Virus record (IMG/VR): IMGVR_UViG_3300027770_000036
Reading direction: 5' to 3' (one strand)
DNA from: an uncultured virus (IMG/VR IMGVR_UViG_3300027770_000036)
Lineage: Duplodnaviria; Heunggongvirae; Uroviricota; Caudoviricetes
DNA length: 64,000 nucleotides
Shown: positions 39,103 through 48,544 of the stretch, in pieces
Position numbering within the stretch: the stretch's first letter is position 1
How the letters are laid out: every line of letters starts with the position of its first letter
The notes under the pieces: generated by a model
Seen by the model: only the letters and a program-made list of their open reading frames with translations
Told to the model about the DNA's origin: nothing
Database searches by the model: none
Program-made: the position numbers and the translations under genes

Positions 39103-40038
39103 TTATCTATACCTCCCTAAACCGTCGTAGCCAGACCCTAGCGTACCATCCCAAGCTTCTTTATTAATCTGGACCTTAACCATCCTACACCACTTTAGGT
39201 ACTCTTGAATCATTCTATCTCCGATTGCTTCGTATTCTTGGGCTTTATTCTTATCGTCAACAGATAACCCACCAGCGGTGTAAGCTAACTGATTTCTTCT
39301 GTAGTGCTTAGCAGCTATAAAATAAAGCTCTCCCATAACGCCTGTAATTAATACAGCGGGGTTTAGGAAGTTGTTTGTATTAAAAGTCTTTCTTACATTA
39401 GGCTGCATCGTATTCCAGCTCTCTACACACTTGACCATAGACTGGACTATCTCTGATGCGTCGAACTCGAAGTTGTTAAGTAAAGGATTATCCTCAGGCG
39501 CGCTGTCCCTTAGATAAGTCCTTATCTGAGCTAATGATGGCAGGCCAGCTGGCTTTCCAAAGCTTGCTACAACGCTGCCAAACTGGCTCTTATCCACCAG
39601 CATATATAGATTGGTTAGGTGGATTAGCTCACCAGAAGCAGATACGACTCCACAATTGATATCAACTATTTGATGAAGTTGTGTAGCGTCAGATGGTATC
39701 TTAGCCCTTATTACTCCGGCTGCTGCGTTAGTAAAGTAACCCTCTATATCTATAAGGGGAGTTCCATTCGATGTGTCTAAGGCTTCTCTTCCCTTTAGTT
39801 GCACTTTTCCTTGCGGAGAAGAGGACGAAGAGGAGCTAGAGGTTACGTTGTGGAATCCGCAGCTTTCAAAGTTAATAGGCCTGCCTCTGTCGTCTCTAAG
39901 CACTAGCTCTATGATAGGAGCCATGGTCTGAGCTGTAGTTATAGCAGGGGTCTTGGCCAGTACAGGTCGGCCATCTACGGTTGTTACAGCAGGCCTTACC
40001 ACTAATTGATCAGGACACTCTATGATAGTAGGATCCAT
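39103..40038 (-). CDS. Head-tail adaptor/neck protein (putative)
   Basis: 311 aa; C-terminal IRTYLRD..PEDN.LL...RNQLAYTAGGLSVDD helical region; N-terminal beta domain with poly-Ser. Confidence 0.6.
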   Translation of the reverse strand: MDPTIIECPDQLVVRPAVTTVDGRPVLAKTPAITTAQTMAPIIELVLRDDRGRPINFESCGFHNVTSSSSSSSSPQGKVQLKGREALDTSNGTPLIDIEGYFTNAAAGVIRAKIPSDATQLHQIVDINCGVVSASGELIHLTNLYMLVDKSQFGSVVASFGKPAGLPSLAQIRTYLRDSAPEDNPLLNNFEFDASEIVQSMVKCVESWNTMQPNVRKTFNTNNFLNPAVLITGVMGELYFIAAKHYRRNQLAYTAGGLSVDDKNKAQEYEAIGDRMIQEYLKWCRMVKVQINKEAWDGTLGSGYDGLGRYR

Positions 40039-40046
40039 AATTTCTC

Positions 40047-41309
40047 CTAGATCTTACATATACCAGCCTGATGTTGCCCCTTCAGAGCACAGAGATCAGC
40101 ATATACATAAGATATATTATTATTCTTGTGGAACTCCCCTGGAAAACCAGTCCAGACGCGAGTACCCTGAAATCTACACTTTATCTCAGGCACGTACTTA
40201 GAATAGTTCCTATCAGTATAATACCAAAAAGAATTTTGATTCATAAAGTTAATATGTGTGGGATCCTGATAAGCTCCTCTTCCATCGGAGCTAGGGGTAG
40301 AAGACAGTATCCAACCGCCCGGCGCCAGGACCCTATAGAAGTCGTTCATACACCCTATAAACTTATCTCTAGGTACATGCTCAAAAAAGTCTACAGCCCT
40401 AAGGATTCCTATAGAGTTATCTTTAAATGGTAGCGGGGATTCTCCAACATGATGGATAATGTCTGCGTTTTTTATATCTAGGCTTCTGTAGTTTTTAGGG
40501 GAGTTATGTGCTCCTCCTAGGTCTATCATTTCTAGTCCCTCTCTCCGGGACCACTCCTCACACATAAGATGAAGGTAGCGGTTAAAGGTATTAGTCTGCG
40601 TAGCTGCTATAAGATCTATCTTTTTTATATATGAGTTACTCTTTCCGCCTCCTACAATTCTTCTGTAAAGGTACAGACACTCGTGATGCTGTATAAACTT
40701 ACACCCTGCAAGATAGGTCTTGCATACTAGATCGTGATCGTCTCCTACCTCCATAGAAGCCTCATGCCCCCCGGCTGCTAGATATACATCCTTATGCCAT
40801 GCCCTGACATGGTTAGGGGCATAGTATATTTCGCCTAAAGACCTTGGAGTAGCTGGAAACGCTTTGTGAGCCTTATATGCCTTTCCTTCATGATGGAAGT
40901 CGTAGGTCCTCCACCCATAGGCGCTGCCATAGACTTCTGGAGTACCATCAGGAAAAAAATTAGCAGAGTCAGAATAATGAAAGGCTGGCCCCTCTCTATT
41001 GTGGGCGGTGACTATAGAGTTAAGCGCCCATGGTACCAAAATGTCATCATGGTCTAACTCTACATAGATGTCTCCAGTTGCTTGGGAGCAGGCATAGTGC
41101 TTTAGGGCTCCTATCTTATTACTAGTGGTGGGTCTTATAACCGCCCTAGAGTCCGCTACTATCTCTGGCGGTAGGTCTACTGGGACTTCCCCGTTAGGGA
41201 CTATAACCCATTCCCAATTAGAGTAGGTTTGCTTCAGAAGACTCTGGTAAGTGTCTCTGATCCAAGTTGTGTCGTTTGTAGGAGTAAATATGCTGAACTT
41301 TATAGACAT
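40047..41309 (-). CDS. GT2-family glycosyltransferase fused to a SAM-dependent methyltransferase
   Basis: FSIFTPT, QTYSNWEWVIV, ELDHDD (DxD) and GDDHDL; then IDLGG, LPFKDNS, FFEHV and RVLAPGG. Confidence 0.9.
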   Translation of the reverse strand: MSIKFSIFTPTNDTTWIRDTYQSLLKQTYSNWEWVIVPNGEVPVDLPPEIVADSRAVIRPTTSNKIGALKHYACSQATGDIYVELDHDDILVPWALNSIVTAHNREGPAFHYSDSANFFPDGTPEVYGSAYGWRTYDFHHEGKAYKAHKAFPATPRSLGEIYYAPNHVRAWHKDVYLAAGGHEASMEVGDDHDLVCKTYLAGCKFIQHHECLYLYRRIVGGGKSNSYIKKIDLIAATQTNTFNRYLHLMCEEWSRREGLEMIDLGGAHNSPKNYRSLDIKNADIIHHVGESPLPFKDNSIGILRAVDFFEHVPRDKFIGCMNDFYRVLAPGGWILSSTPSSDGRGAYQDPTHINFMNQNSFWYYTDRNYSKYVPEIKCRFQGTRVWTGFPGEFHKNNNISYVYADLCALKGQHQAGICKI

Positions 41310-41391
41310 GCTTTTCCTTCTTTCTGCCCTAGGTTAGGCTTATAAGATACAAGGATAGCCATATGCCGGTAAAGTTTCTAGTCTATTAAAT

Positions 41392-41420
41392 AAAAAAAGC
41401 CCCGGCAGTGCCGAGGCTTT
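41392..41420 (-). terminator. Rho-independent terminator ending the capsid operon
   Basis: AAAGCCTCGGC-ACT-GCCGGGGCTTTTTTT on the minus strand. Confidence 0.85.
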
Positions 41421-41438
41421 GTTTTAATGTTATTAGAT

Positions 41439-41771
41439 CTATATGGAGCTGGAGTAACCTACGCCAAATGGATCGGTTGTGGAGAAGGAGTTGTTATCTA
41501 ATTTGATAGTCTTGCTAACATCCAAGGTAGCGTCGTAGAGTATTGGGGTAGGCCCGCTAACTACTACAAGGTCACCAGACTGGACTGCAGCTGTAAAGCC
41601 TGCTCTTTTTCGGCCAGAGGTTACTTTGGACAAAAGACTTTCAATAGACCCGAAGAATGTGTACTCTTCGCCAGCTTCAAGTTTTTTACCGTGTGGGGGT
41701 AAGAAACCAAACACTGCTGCCTTTCCAGACATGTTTCGTACTTTAGTGTTAACGCAATCTATATTAGCCAT
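41439..41771 (-). CDS. Small capsid-operon protein (possible minor capsid/decoration)
   Basis: 110 aa; AGGAGG RBS; last gene before the terminator. Confidence 0.65.
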   Translation of the reverse strand: MANIDCVNTKVRNMSGKAAVFGFLPPHGKKLEAGEEYTFFGSIESLLSKVTSGRKRAGFTAAVQSGDLVVVSGPTPILYDATLDVSKTIKLDNNSFSTTDPFGVGYSSSI

Positions 41772-41793
41772 TTTAACCTCCTAGGTTAGTTAA

Positions 41794-42183
41794 TTAAGCA
41801 GACATCTGCTTAGCAATAGCGCCATGATAGGTAAGGACAGCATCAATCAGGTCGGGCCTGTTAGCAAGTGCATAGGAAGCACTTTTAACAGTCTGTGAAA
41901 GACCTGCGTCTTCTACAGGGCTACCTACCAAAGTACCAAGCTGCCTGCTGGCCACTTTAAGAAAATCTGTTTGTTCAGATGCACTCTTAACTTGCATACC
42001 AGCGTGAGCTTCGCCTAGGCGAGCTGCGATTTCAAGAAGGCTTCCGACTTCTTCATCGCTCTGTGGAACGATGTTGTAGTCACTGGCAAGCTTTTCGAGA
42101 AACACGGGAACAAAGATTTCCCTAACAAGAGTAGAGTGTGCAGCCTGAGCTTGATTTTGCTCATCGCGCGTTAAGTTAGCCAT
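41794..42183 (-). CDS. Capsid-operon K-x-A motif protein
   Basis: ~129 aa; GGAGG RBS favours ATG 42183; contains KLAS, KSAS, KVAS and KSAS. Confidence 0.7.
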   Translation of the reverse strand: MANLTRDEQNQAQAAHSTLVREIFVPVFLEKLASDYNIVPQSDEEVGSLLEIAARLGEAHAGMQVKSASEQTDFLKVASRQLGTLVGSPVEDAGLSQTVKSASYALANRPDLIDAVLTYHGAIAKQMSA

Positions 42184-42208
42184 TTTAGCCTCCAAGCCTA
42201 TGAAATAT

Positions 42209-42230
42209 GGAGCCCCCTCACGAGGGCTCC
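42209..42230 (-). promoter_or_regulatory. GNRA-capped hairpin after the major capsid gene (mRNA stabiliser or weak terminator)
   Basis: GGAGCCCTC-GTGA-GGGGGCTCC. Confidence 0.6.
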
Positions 42231-42237
42231 GGCATGA

Positions 42238-43167
42238 TTACGCAAAGTCGACTCGAGCAATAGAGTTAGTATTGCCGATAGCACCGCCAAGGGTTTCGTA
42301 AGCGAAAAATTCCAGCATATAGGCCTTTCGGTCTATGTAAAGCGTGGTATCTTCCAAAATAAAATTTTTGCCCACGAATTTTGGATCAGCGAACATAAAG
42401 ATGCTGTCCGTAGGAATCAAGTCATGCTTGATAGAGATAATCCAGCGAGCATTCATGAAGTTCTGCTCAGTCCAGCCATTCTTGAAGACGTCCTGGCTAA
42501 AATCACCACCCATTTCTTCACGACCGAACTTCATCAGTTCGCGAATAGTAAGGTTGTTGATCAAGCAGGTGCCTACTTCAAGGCGACTGATTGTTCGTGG
42601 CAGAATCTTGAAAGCGTCCTGCAAGGTGTCACGGGTGATACCACCATAGATGGTTTCCCATTGAACCTGGCCGGATTGAGCTACTGTAGAGTCAGCGGCT
42701 CCGCCCATGGATGCGTTGCAGGCATCGATGAATTTTCTATCTTCTTCCGCTAACATATCTTTAATGGCATTATCCGAGAGGATCTGCCTAATGTCCATGC
42801 GGTAAGTACGAAGTTCATCTACATCCTTCGTGAATCGTGGGGTCACGATACGGTCGAAGGTTACTCGATACTTCTGACCACGAACATAAAGGTTCATAGG
42901 AAGAGTAGCGAAGGGGATGGAAATTGCTGCTGGCGAATCAGGTTCGCGTTCGATAATCTTGACAGGCTTATCGGTATCAACCTGTTGATCGAGATCATCA
43001 TTGCTAACCATGATTGGTGGAAGGATTCTACGGTAGAAACCTTCTTCACGCATCCTGTATCGGGTATAGTCGACCACTGCGTCGAGTGCTCGCTTTTCCA
43101 TTCCAGGGGTGTCAAGGTAGCTGAGGAATGTTTCATTCATCAGTTTAGTGTCGTTATCGTAAGCCAT
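42238..43167 (-). CDS. Major capsid protein (HK97/encapsulin-like fold, putative)
   Basis: 309 aa; MREEGFYRRILPP...RIVTPRF..DVDEL....DI...A.KDMLAEEDRKFI pattern; gene order protease-scaffold-decoration-MCP. Confidence 0.8.
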   Translation of the reverse strand: MAYDNDTKLMNETFLSYLDTPGMEKRALDAVVDYTRYRMREEGFYRRILPPIMVSNDDLDQQVDTDKPVKIIEREPDSPAAISIPFATLPMNLYVRGQKYRVTFDRIVTPRFTKDVDELRTYRMDIRQILSDNAIKDMLAEEDRKFIDACNASMGGAADSTVAQSGQVQWETIYGGITRDTLQDAFKILPRTISRLEVGTCLINNLTIRELMKFGREEMGGDFSQDVFKNGWTEQNFMNARWIISIKHDLIPTDSIFMFADPKFVGKNFILEDTTLYIDRKAYMLEFFAYETLGGAIGNTNSIARVDFA

Positions 43168-43187
43168 TGTCAGAGTTCCTCCTAGTA

Positions 43188-43742
43188 TTAGTAACTGGTT
43201 TTGCCTGGTTTGTAAACAGTCCAGAACGCTAATACGTTATTGCGATCTGATTGGCGTTTGCGCACGCCTCTGGAGACAACTCCAACTATATTAGTAGGAT
43301 TGCCGGAGCCCGCTTCTGCAGCTACTGTGCTGGCGTTGGTCAAAAGACCGCCGTCAGTACTGCTGTTAGAGCTACTCTTGCAACGAAGATATTGGTTAGG
43401 AGCATAAGTGTTACCGGAGTCAAACTCAGTGGTTTCAAGCTCGTAAGAGCCTGCGCCCACCAAACCTGTAATAGCTCCTGTTGGCCCGATAGGGTACCAG
43501 CGGGTGCCACCGGCGTTACTTACATCGTTGTCGGACCCGTTTTGAAGAAGGAAGATAGGCATCTGTGATCCAGTTGCGCCGAGTTCAAACTCGCCGTCTG
43601 AATTAAGGTGCACGCATCTACCTGCATAAACGTCAACCGTAACATTACTAGACAGCTTGGATGTATAGTCCAAAGCTGCCATATGAAACCAACCCTTGAT
43701 TGCATCTAAGGTATGGTCAAACATCTGGCTTGGTACTGCCAT
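43188..43742 (-). CDS. Head decoration/cement protein (putative)
   Basis: 184 aa, Gly/Ser-rich and beta-rich, directly upstream of the MCP. Confidence 0.6.
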   Translation of the reverse strand: MAVPSQMFDHTLDAIKGWFHMAALDYTSKLSSNVTVDVYAGRCVHLNSDGEFELGATGSQMPIFLLQNGSDNDVSNAGGTRWYPIGPTGAITGLVGAGSYELETTEFDSGNTYAPNQYLRCKSSSNSSTDGGLLTNASTVAAEAGSGNPTNIVGVVSRGVRKRQSDRNNVLAFWTVYKPGKTSY

Positions 43743-43799
43743 TTTTAAAGACCTCCATGTCTTTGAACTAACACCTGGCGCGAGTTAAAATCCAGACAC

Positions 43800-44186
43800 T
43801 TATAGACCTAAGTGTTGGCGGAAACGACGATCGGACTCGCGCTCGGAAGTAGTCCGTCGTCCCACGTAAGGATCATTCATAGAATCGTATGAGCCAGCCT
43901 GCTTTTCGGACTTTCCGATAGCTTTAGGTCTGACAGTTCGGTTAACATCAGCAGCCTTGATAAGGATTTCCAAGGCCTTCGCGTGATTAGATAGAGCAGA
44001 CGCTGCCTTTTCTCGGTCAGCTGGGTCAACTCTTTCGAATTGAATCAGGGCGTCCACTGCTTTAGGTATCAGGTCAGCGATTCTATTGTCGCCGGCTTGT
44101 TTCTCATTAAGTTGCTTGCCCGCTGCTTCCAGCGCCGCTTCAACACATTGAACATAGTCAACTGTCTTTTCGTAAAAGCTAGACAT
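43800..44186 (-). CDS. Scaffold-associated helical protein
   Basis: 128 aa; two EKQAG motifs. Confidence 0.6.
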   Translation of the reverse strand: MSSFYEKTVDYVQCVEAALEAAGKQLNEKQAGDNRIADLIPKAVDALIQFERVDPADREKAASALSNHAKALEILIKAADVNRTVRPKAIGKSEKQAGSYDSMNDPYVGRRTTSERESDRRFRQHLGL

Positions 44187-44200
44187 TATAATAGCCTCCT

Positions 44201-45505
44201 TTAACCAATTATATCACGAACACATGCTTTAATTTGATCACGCAGGACTCTCTGCTGAGCAGTCTTAGCCCCTGTAACCCTAAACCTGCCTGACCGGATT
44301 TGAGCGTTTTTAACCGCACTAGCCCGCTTTACTAACTTGACAAGTTCTACTGTTTCTTGATTATGTCTGTATGATGCCGTTTTAGGAGGAGCACCACCCA
44401 TCATGGAAGGGTCCATTGGAGGGGCGCCACCTTCTCCGCCGGCTCCGCCAAGCGCACCGCTTTGAATCATGTGCAAAAGCTGCTCTGGCTCAATGCCTTG
44501 TTCCTGAAGTGCCATCAAGAGTTCTTGAATAGCGTCACCTTCTTGCTGTTGGCCTTCTGGAGGGCCTCCCTGAGGAGCGGATTCTTCTCCGGCCATCTGG
44601 GACAGCATGGATGGATCCATTTCCATTCCACTGCCCTCTTGAGGAGCTTCCCCTTGTGGCTGAGAGTCACCTTCGCCGCCGGCTGCTTCACCCTCAGCTG
44701 CGGCTTTGTAAAAAGACTGTAAGTATGCTCCTACCATGGCCGCTTTTTCAAGGCCATCAGCGATAGTGTGCTCAATAGATCCAGCTACAGAGGCTTGTGC
44801 TTGCTTAACTAATTCATGGTTCTGATCGTTAGTCAGAGTAGCAGCGGCTTCTCCAGCAGCAGCGGCAACCTTGCCCATGCTAGTGAGTCGGCCTCTAGAG
44901 TCAATGTAGCCAGCTTCTTTAGCTTCTTCCTTGGCCATTTCCTCTACTTCTTCCTGATCAGATTCGCTATCTCCGTTGTCATCGTTCTTTTTTTTTGATT
45001 CTTCTTCGTCTTCATCTTCTTCGCATTCTTCTTCTGCCCTTTTCACGATATCAGAAAGGATATCGTTGGCTTTGTACGCAGCTAACTTACGGAGTTGGCC
45101 AAAGTGCAGTGAGCTGTACTTTTCGCCGTCAGTAGTAGCTGGGTGAGTAGTGCCTGGGTCTTCTTTTTCGCTCTTGTAGTTATCTTCGTTAGAAGGGTCT
45201 TCACCAGTGGAGGTGCTACCGATACCAACGTCGTATTGTTGATCTTCCTGGGAAGGTGTGTCATCTGATGCAGCGTCAACGCCCCCAGTAGGAATCATCT
45301 TCTTTACATCACCAGTGTTTTCTTTTGACCTGGCGCCGTCCGTAGCAGGAGTGGTGCCGTCATCTTCATCTTTGCTGGGGTGGGAGGTAGGGCCTCCTTG
45401 TGCGGTAGTTTCTGTATTAGCTTCTGCACGCTTCCTAACAGAAGCTCTTTTTTCGTTTTCAACTTCTGACAAGAAGTCCCGAAGTTGGTCAAATAGCTGA
45501 GCCAT
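44201..45505 (-). CDS. Prohead scaffold/core protein (putative)
   Basis: 434 aa, acidic and low-complexity, more than 10 K-x-A motifs, between protease and MCP. Confidence 0.65.
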   Translation of the reverse strand: MAQLFDQLRDFLSEVENEKRASVRKRAEANTETTAQGGPTSHPSKDEDDGTTPATDGARSKENTGDVKKMIPTGGVDAASDDTPSQEDQQYDVGIGSTSTGEDPSNEDNYKSEKEDPGTTHPATTDGEKYSSLHFGQLRKLAAYKANDILSDIVKRAEEECEEDEDEEESKKKNDDNGDSESDQEEVEEMAKEEAKEAGYIDSRGRLTSMGKVAAAAGEAAATLTNDQNHELVKQAQASVAGSIEHTIADGLEKAAMVGAYLQSFYKAAAEGEAAGGEGDSQPQGEAPQEGSGMEMDPSMLSQMAGEESAPQGGPPEGQQQEGDAIQELLMALQEQGIEPEQLLHMIQSGALGGAGGEGGAPPMDPSMMGGAPPKTASYRHNQETVELVKLVKRASAVKNAQIRSGRFRVTGAKTAQQRVLRDQIKACVRDIIG

Positions 45506-45588
45506 GTAATTACTCCTATATCTAAGGCGCGTATATCGTTAAGTTTAATCTTAACTTGTAACTGGTACAGTACGCAACGCCTTTAATG

Positions 45589-45617
45589 ATTGTGCACGGT
45601 ACATCAAAAGTGCGCAA
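45589..45617 (-). promoter_or_regulatory. Candidate promoter TTGCGC-N17-CACAAT upstream of the capsid operon
   Basis: Exact 17-nt spacer; similar to the element at 54544..54572. Confidence 0.4.
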
Positions 45618-45638
45618 GACCTTCTTACGCTTTTTTTT
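45605..45638. terminator. Possible bidirectional terminator hairpin
   Basis: GCGCAAGA-cct-TCTTACGC followed by T8 on plus, and by ACTTTT on minus. Confidence 0.5.
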
Positions 45639-45652
45639 AATAATTCCAAAAT

Positions 45653-47092
45653 TTATGGTAACCGGTTGTAAGCCACAACTGCTCTTCCATAATTAAACTC
45701 TTGCTCAATAGCAGATGATGCAGCTTTAATCCACTGAAGCTGATGTATAGCATAAGCCTTAGCTAGCTCCATGTGCTGCTCTGAGTATGATGCAGATTTC
45801 TCTATTCCTACGCTAGTTCTAGGTGTATTAGCCCCAGATACAATAGCCCTTCTAATACTAGGTTCAAGGTATGTCCAACTGAGAGAGTTAGACGAGGCTT
45901 GTTTAATCGCCTCACCGGACTGCTTTTCAGTAGATGTTGTCTTGTAGGGATTAGAATTCCTGTTTGATGCTACTTTTTCAATTGTGGAGATGTCTCCACA
46001 AAGCCTGCTGAATATGTTTGGAAGATACTTTTTAACTTCTGAGGCTATCTTTTTTTGGCCTCTAACCTCTAACCAGTTCTCGATTGGAACAAGTATTGCA
46101 GTATTAGCACAAGCAGACCAAGGGTAGTTTCCGCTTATACTGGCCTTCTTAAAGAAGTCTAATGGCTTAACCGTGCTGCTTACAGCGGATAAAAACGCTG
46201 AGCTGAAGTTAGTTGCTGTTCGCTCATATGCCGCTAAGTCTTTAGCAAGTCCAGCCAGCTTTTCTGTCTCGTCGGAAAAAGTATTAGACCATACTCCGTC
46301 TGGAGCTTCTATTCCTGCCATTTCTGCAAGCTCCGCTCCGCCTGCTACATAGAGGCCTGAAGCTGCTTTGTAATGACCTACAACCCAGGCTATTCTATCT
46401 GCTGGTCTATACACATCACTAATATCGAACCATGTAGGGTTAGGATTATCTACGTGTAAAACGTGCCCATCCGCAGCTACCTTTGTTAAGTTACTTCTGC
46501 AGCCGCCGTAGTTACAGTCACTCTCTTCACAATACTCATCTCTGTTTCTAGCTTTGTTTCCGCACCCTGAGCATACGTCATAGGCTACTTTACAAGCCAT
46601 ACTTACGCCCCAGTTGTCATCTCCTCTAGCTATCTTCTGCATTTCTTTATCAGCTAGTAAACCACCATTACGAGCTGCTGCTTCTTTAGTTCCATTAAGG
46701 GCTACTATAAGCTCTACTCGTTTCATTTTATCATTATAGGTAGAAGCCTTTACTAAACCGTAGCTGGCTTTAGGGTCTTTATTCTTATGATTACGGTACC
46801 ATCTAGCGTGCTTTACAAACGTATCATGATGCTTACGGCATGTAGCTTCTTTAAACCCATCACCATTGCGGTTAGGGCCATAGGCCTCTGTTGAGCCGAT
46901 AGCAATCATATGAATAGGTTGTTCACCAGGCTTAAACTCTATACCCTTTAGGAGATTAGCCGTACCAGCTCCGGCCCTTTTTATAAAGCTAGAAAGGTCA
47001 GAGCCAACTAATCCTTTAGAAGATATCTTAATCAAAGAGCTTACTGATTCTCCGAAGTCCTGAGAATGAGGCGTAATTACTTTGATCATCAT
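45653..47092 (-). CDS. Prohead maturation protease (putative) with Cys-rich insertion
   Basis: PNRNGDGF, RNH (candidate catalytic His), GVSMAC (candidate catalytic Ser), DVCSGCG and FDISDV..PAD; position before scaffold and MCP. Confidence 0.72.
   Translation of the reverse strand: MMIKVITPHSQDFGESVSSLIKISSKGLVGSDLSSFIKRAGAGTANLLKGIEFKPGEQPIHMIAIGSTEAYGPNRNGDGFKEATCRKHHDTFVKHARWYRNHKNKDPKASYGLVKASTYNDKMKRVELIVALNGTKEAAARNGGLLADKEMQKIARGDDNWGVSMACKVAYDVCSGCGNKARNRDEYCEESDCNYGGCRSNLTKVAADGHVLHVDNPNPTWFDISDVYRPADRIAWVVGHYKAASGLYVAGGAELAEMAGIEAPDGVWSNTFSDETEKLAGLAKDLAAYERTATNFSSAFLSAVSSTVKPLDFFKKASISGNYPWSACANTAILVPIENWLEVRGQKKIASEVKKYLPNIFSRLCGDISTIEKVASNRNSNPYKTTSTEKQSGEAIKQASSNSLSWTYLEPSIRRAIVSGANTPRTSVGIEKSASYSEQHMELAKAYAIHQLQWIKAASSAIEQEFNYGRAVVAYNRLP
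45985..45998. repeat. Dispersed palindrome (1 mismatch)
   Basis: tgTGGAGATGTCTCCAca. Confidence 0.8.
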
Positions 47093-47110
47093 GGTTGTTG
47101 TCCTCTTTCT

Positions 47111-48499
47111 TTAATCTACTTTACCTGTGAACGGCGACGTAATATCTATCTTCCCAAAATTAGGATTATACGGCTCATTATACGAACCCACCGCTGGGGG
47201 GACACCTCCACCAAACGACTCCATAAGGCGTTTTATATAGTTACTAGCTAAAACATTTTTGGCAGCCTGAGCCTTAATTTTGGCATCGGTACTAAAAAGT
47301 TGCTTTCCGTAGGTTTGGTTTTTAAGTTGTGCACGGATTTTTTGTTCTTCCTCTTTAATCGCTCTTTGCTTAAGCACGCGATTAAATAGGCTGGGGTCTG
47401 ATTCCCTTAGGGCTGAAAGTTCCCCGTAAAGGCCCTCATCCGTTCGTCCAAGCGGCCGATCTCTCGTAGGTTGAAATATCTTGTTATAGCCGTAGAATGT
47501 ATCGTCCTCCATCTTAGCCCTATCAGCATCTAACGTCTTCGCGGCGGCAGCCCTGGCTGCGTCCCCTTTTATATCTGGCTGCCTATCTACGATCCTTTCC
47601 CTATCTAATTCCTTTTCTAATTCCTTTTCACTTCTAGGGGTAACGGGTTTAGGGGTGTAAGTCCGATTGTACATGGGCGGCGGTACTACTGGTACTGCAG
47701 GCTCCGGTGTTACGTAGCTAGTTCTAGGAGACGTTACTGCAGAGGTATCAGGTTTAGTTTGGTCAGCTTGCGCATTCGCCCTGTCTGTCGCAGCCTGGAA
47801 CGTCGCAAGCTCATTACTTTGATTGGTTAACTTCTTTAAGCGATCGGCGTACGCAGGTGACCTTGAGTCTCCACCGACGGCCTTTAAGGCTTCTAGGGCT
47901 GCAGTATTCGTTGCTAACTCTTCTTGTGCGGAGTAGGGTTTTAAAGAAGATAATGTACCAAAGTTTCCAAGGCTAGGAGGCGTAACACTATTAAGGTTAG
48001 GTCCTGGGGTATTAGCAGCAGGAAGGTTAAGTTTAAGAGCACCGGGGCCCGACGACCCGAGTGGGGCAGGCTCATCTACTTTAGGGCTTAGCGATAAGTC
48101 TGCGCCCATTTCTTTTGCTGTTGGGAAATCTCCTAGCACTTTTTTTTCTTCCAATTCTTTTGTGACAGCGGCTGCGTCTGCTCTGTTCTTTAAGTGATTT
48201 TGTATGCCCTTACCTATAGAAGAGCCGTACATATTTCCAATGACAGCACCAGGGACGCTTCCCATCAAGGCGCCATATAGAGCATCCCGGGCTCTAAGCT
48301 TTTTACCTTTGATGAGGCTTCTTCCCATCATACCAACTCCGCCCACTCCAGCCCCCACTAGCCCCCCTATAAGGGTGTTTCTCGCATCATCACTAAGCGC
48401 CTGCTTAGTCATAGAGGCCTGCTTTTCTTCATAGGCGGAGCAGAGAATATCTATGGCTTCGTTAATAGGTTTTCCTAATACTTTATTTAGCAGCGGCAT
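47111..48499 (-). CDS. Putative internal head protein with KQA sites and glycine zipper
   Basis: EKQASMTKQA followed by LIGGLVGAGVGG...GALMGSVPGAVIG. Confidence 0.6.
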   Translation of the reverse strand: MPLLNKVLGKPINEAIDILCSAYEEKQASMTKQALSDDARNTLIGGLVGAGVGGVGMMGRSLIKGKKLRARDALYGALMGSVPGAVIGNMYGSSIGKGIQNHLKNRADAAAVTKELEEKKVLGDFPTAKEMGADLSLSPKVDEPAPLGSSGPGALKLNLPAANTPGPNLNSVTPPSLGNFGTLSSLKPYSAQEELATNTAALEALKAVGGDSRSPAYADRLKKLTNQSNELATFQAATDRANAQADQTKPDTSAVTSPRTSYVTPEPAVPVVPPPMYNRTYTPKPVTPRSEKELEKELDRERIVDRQPDIKGDAARAAAAKTLDADRAKMEDDTFYGYNKIFQPTRDRPLGRTDEGLYGELSALRESDPSLFNRVLKQRAIKEEEQKIRAQLKNQTYGKQLFSTDAKIKAQAAKNVLASNYIKRLMESFGGGVPPAVGSYNEPYNPNFGKIDITSPFTGKVD

Positions 48500-48544
48500 A
48501 ACTATCTCCGATATATTTAAAATAAAACCACTTCACACGAACTT

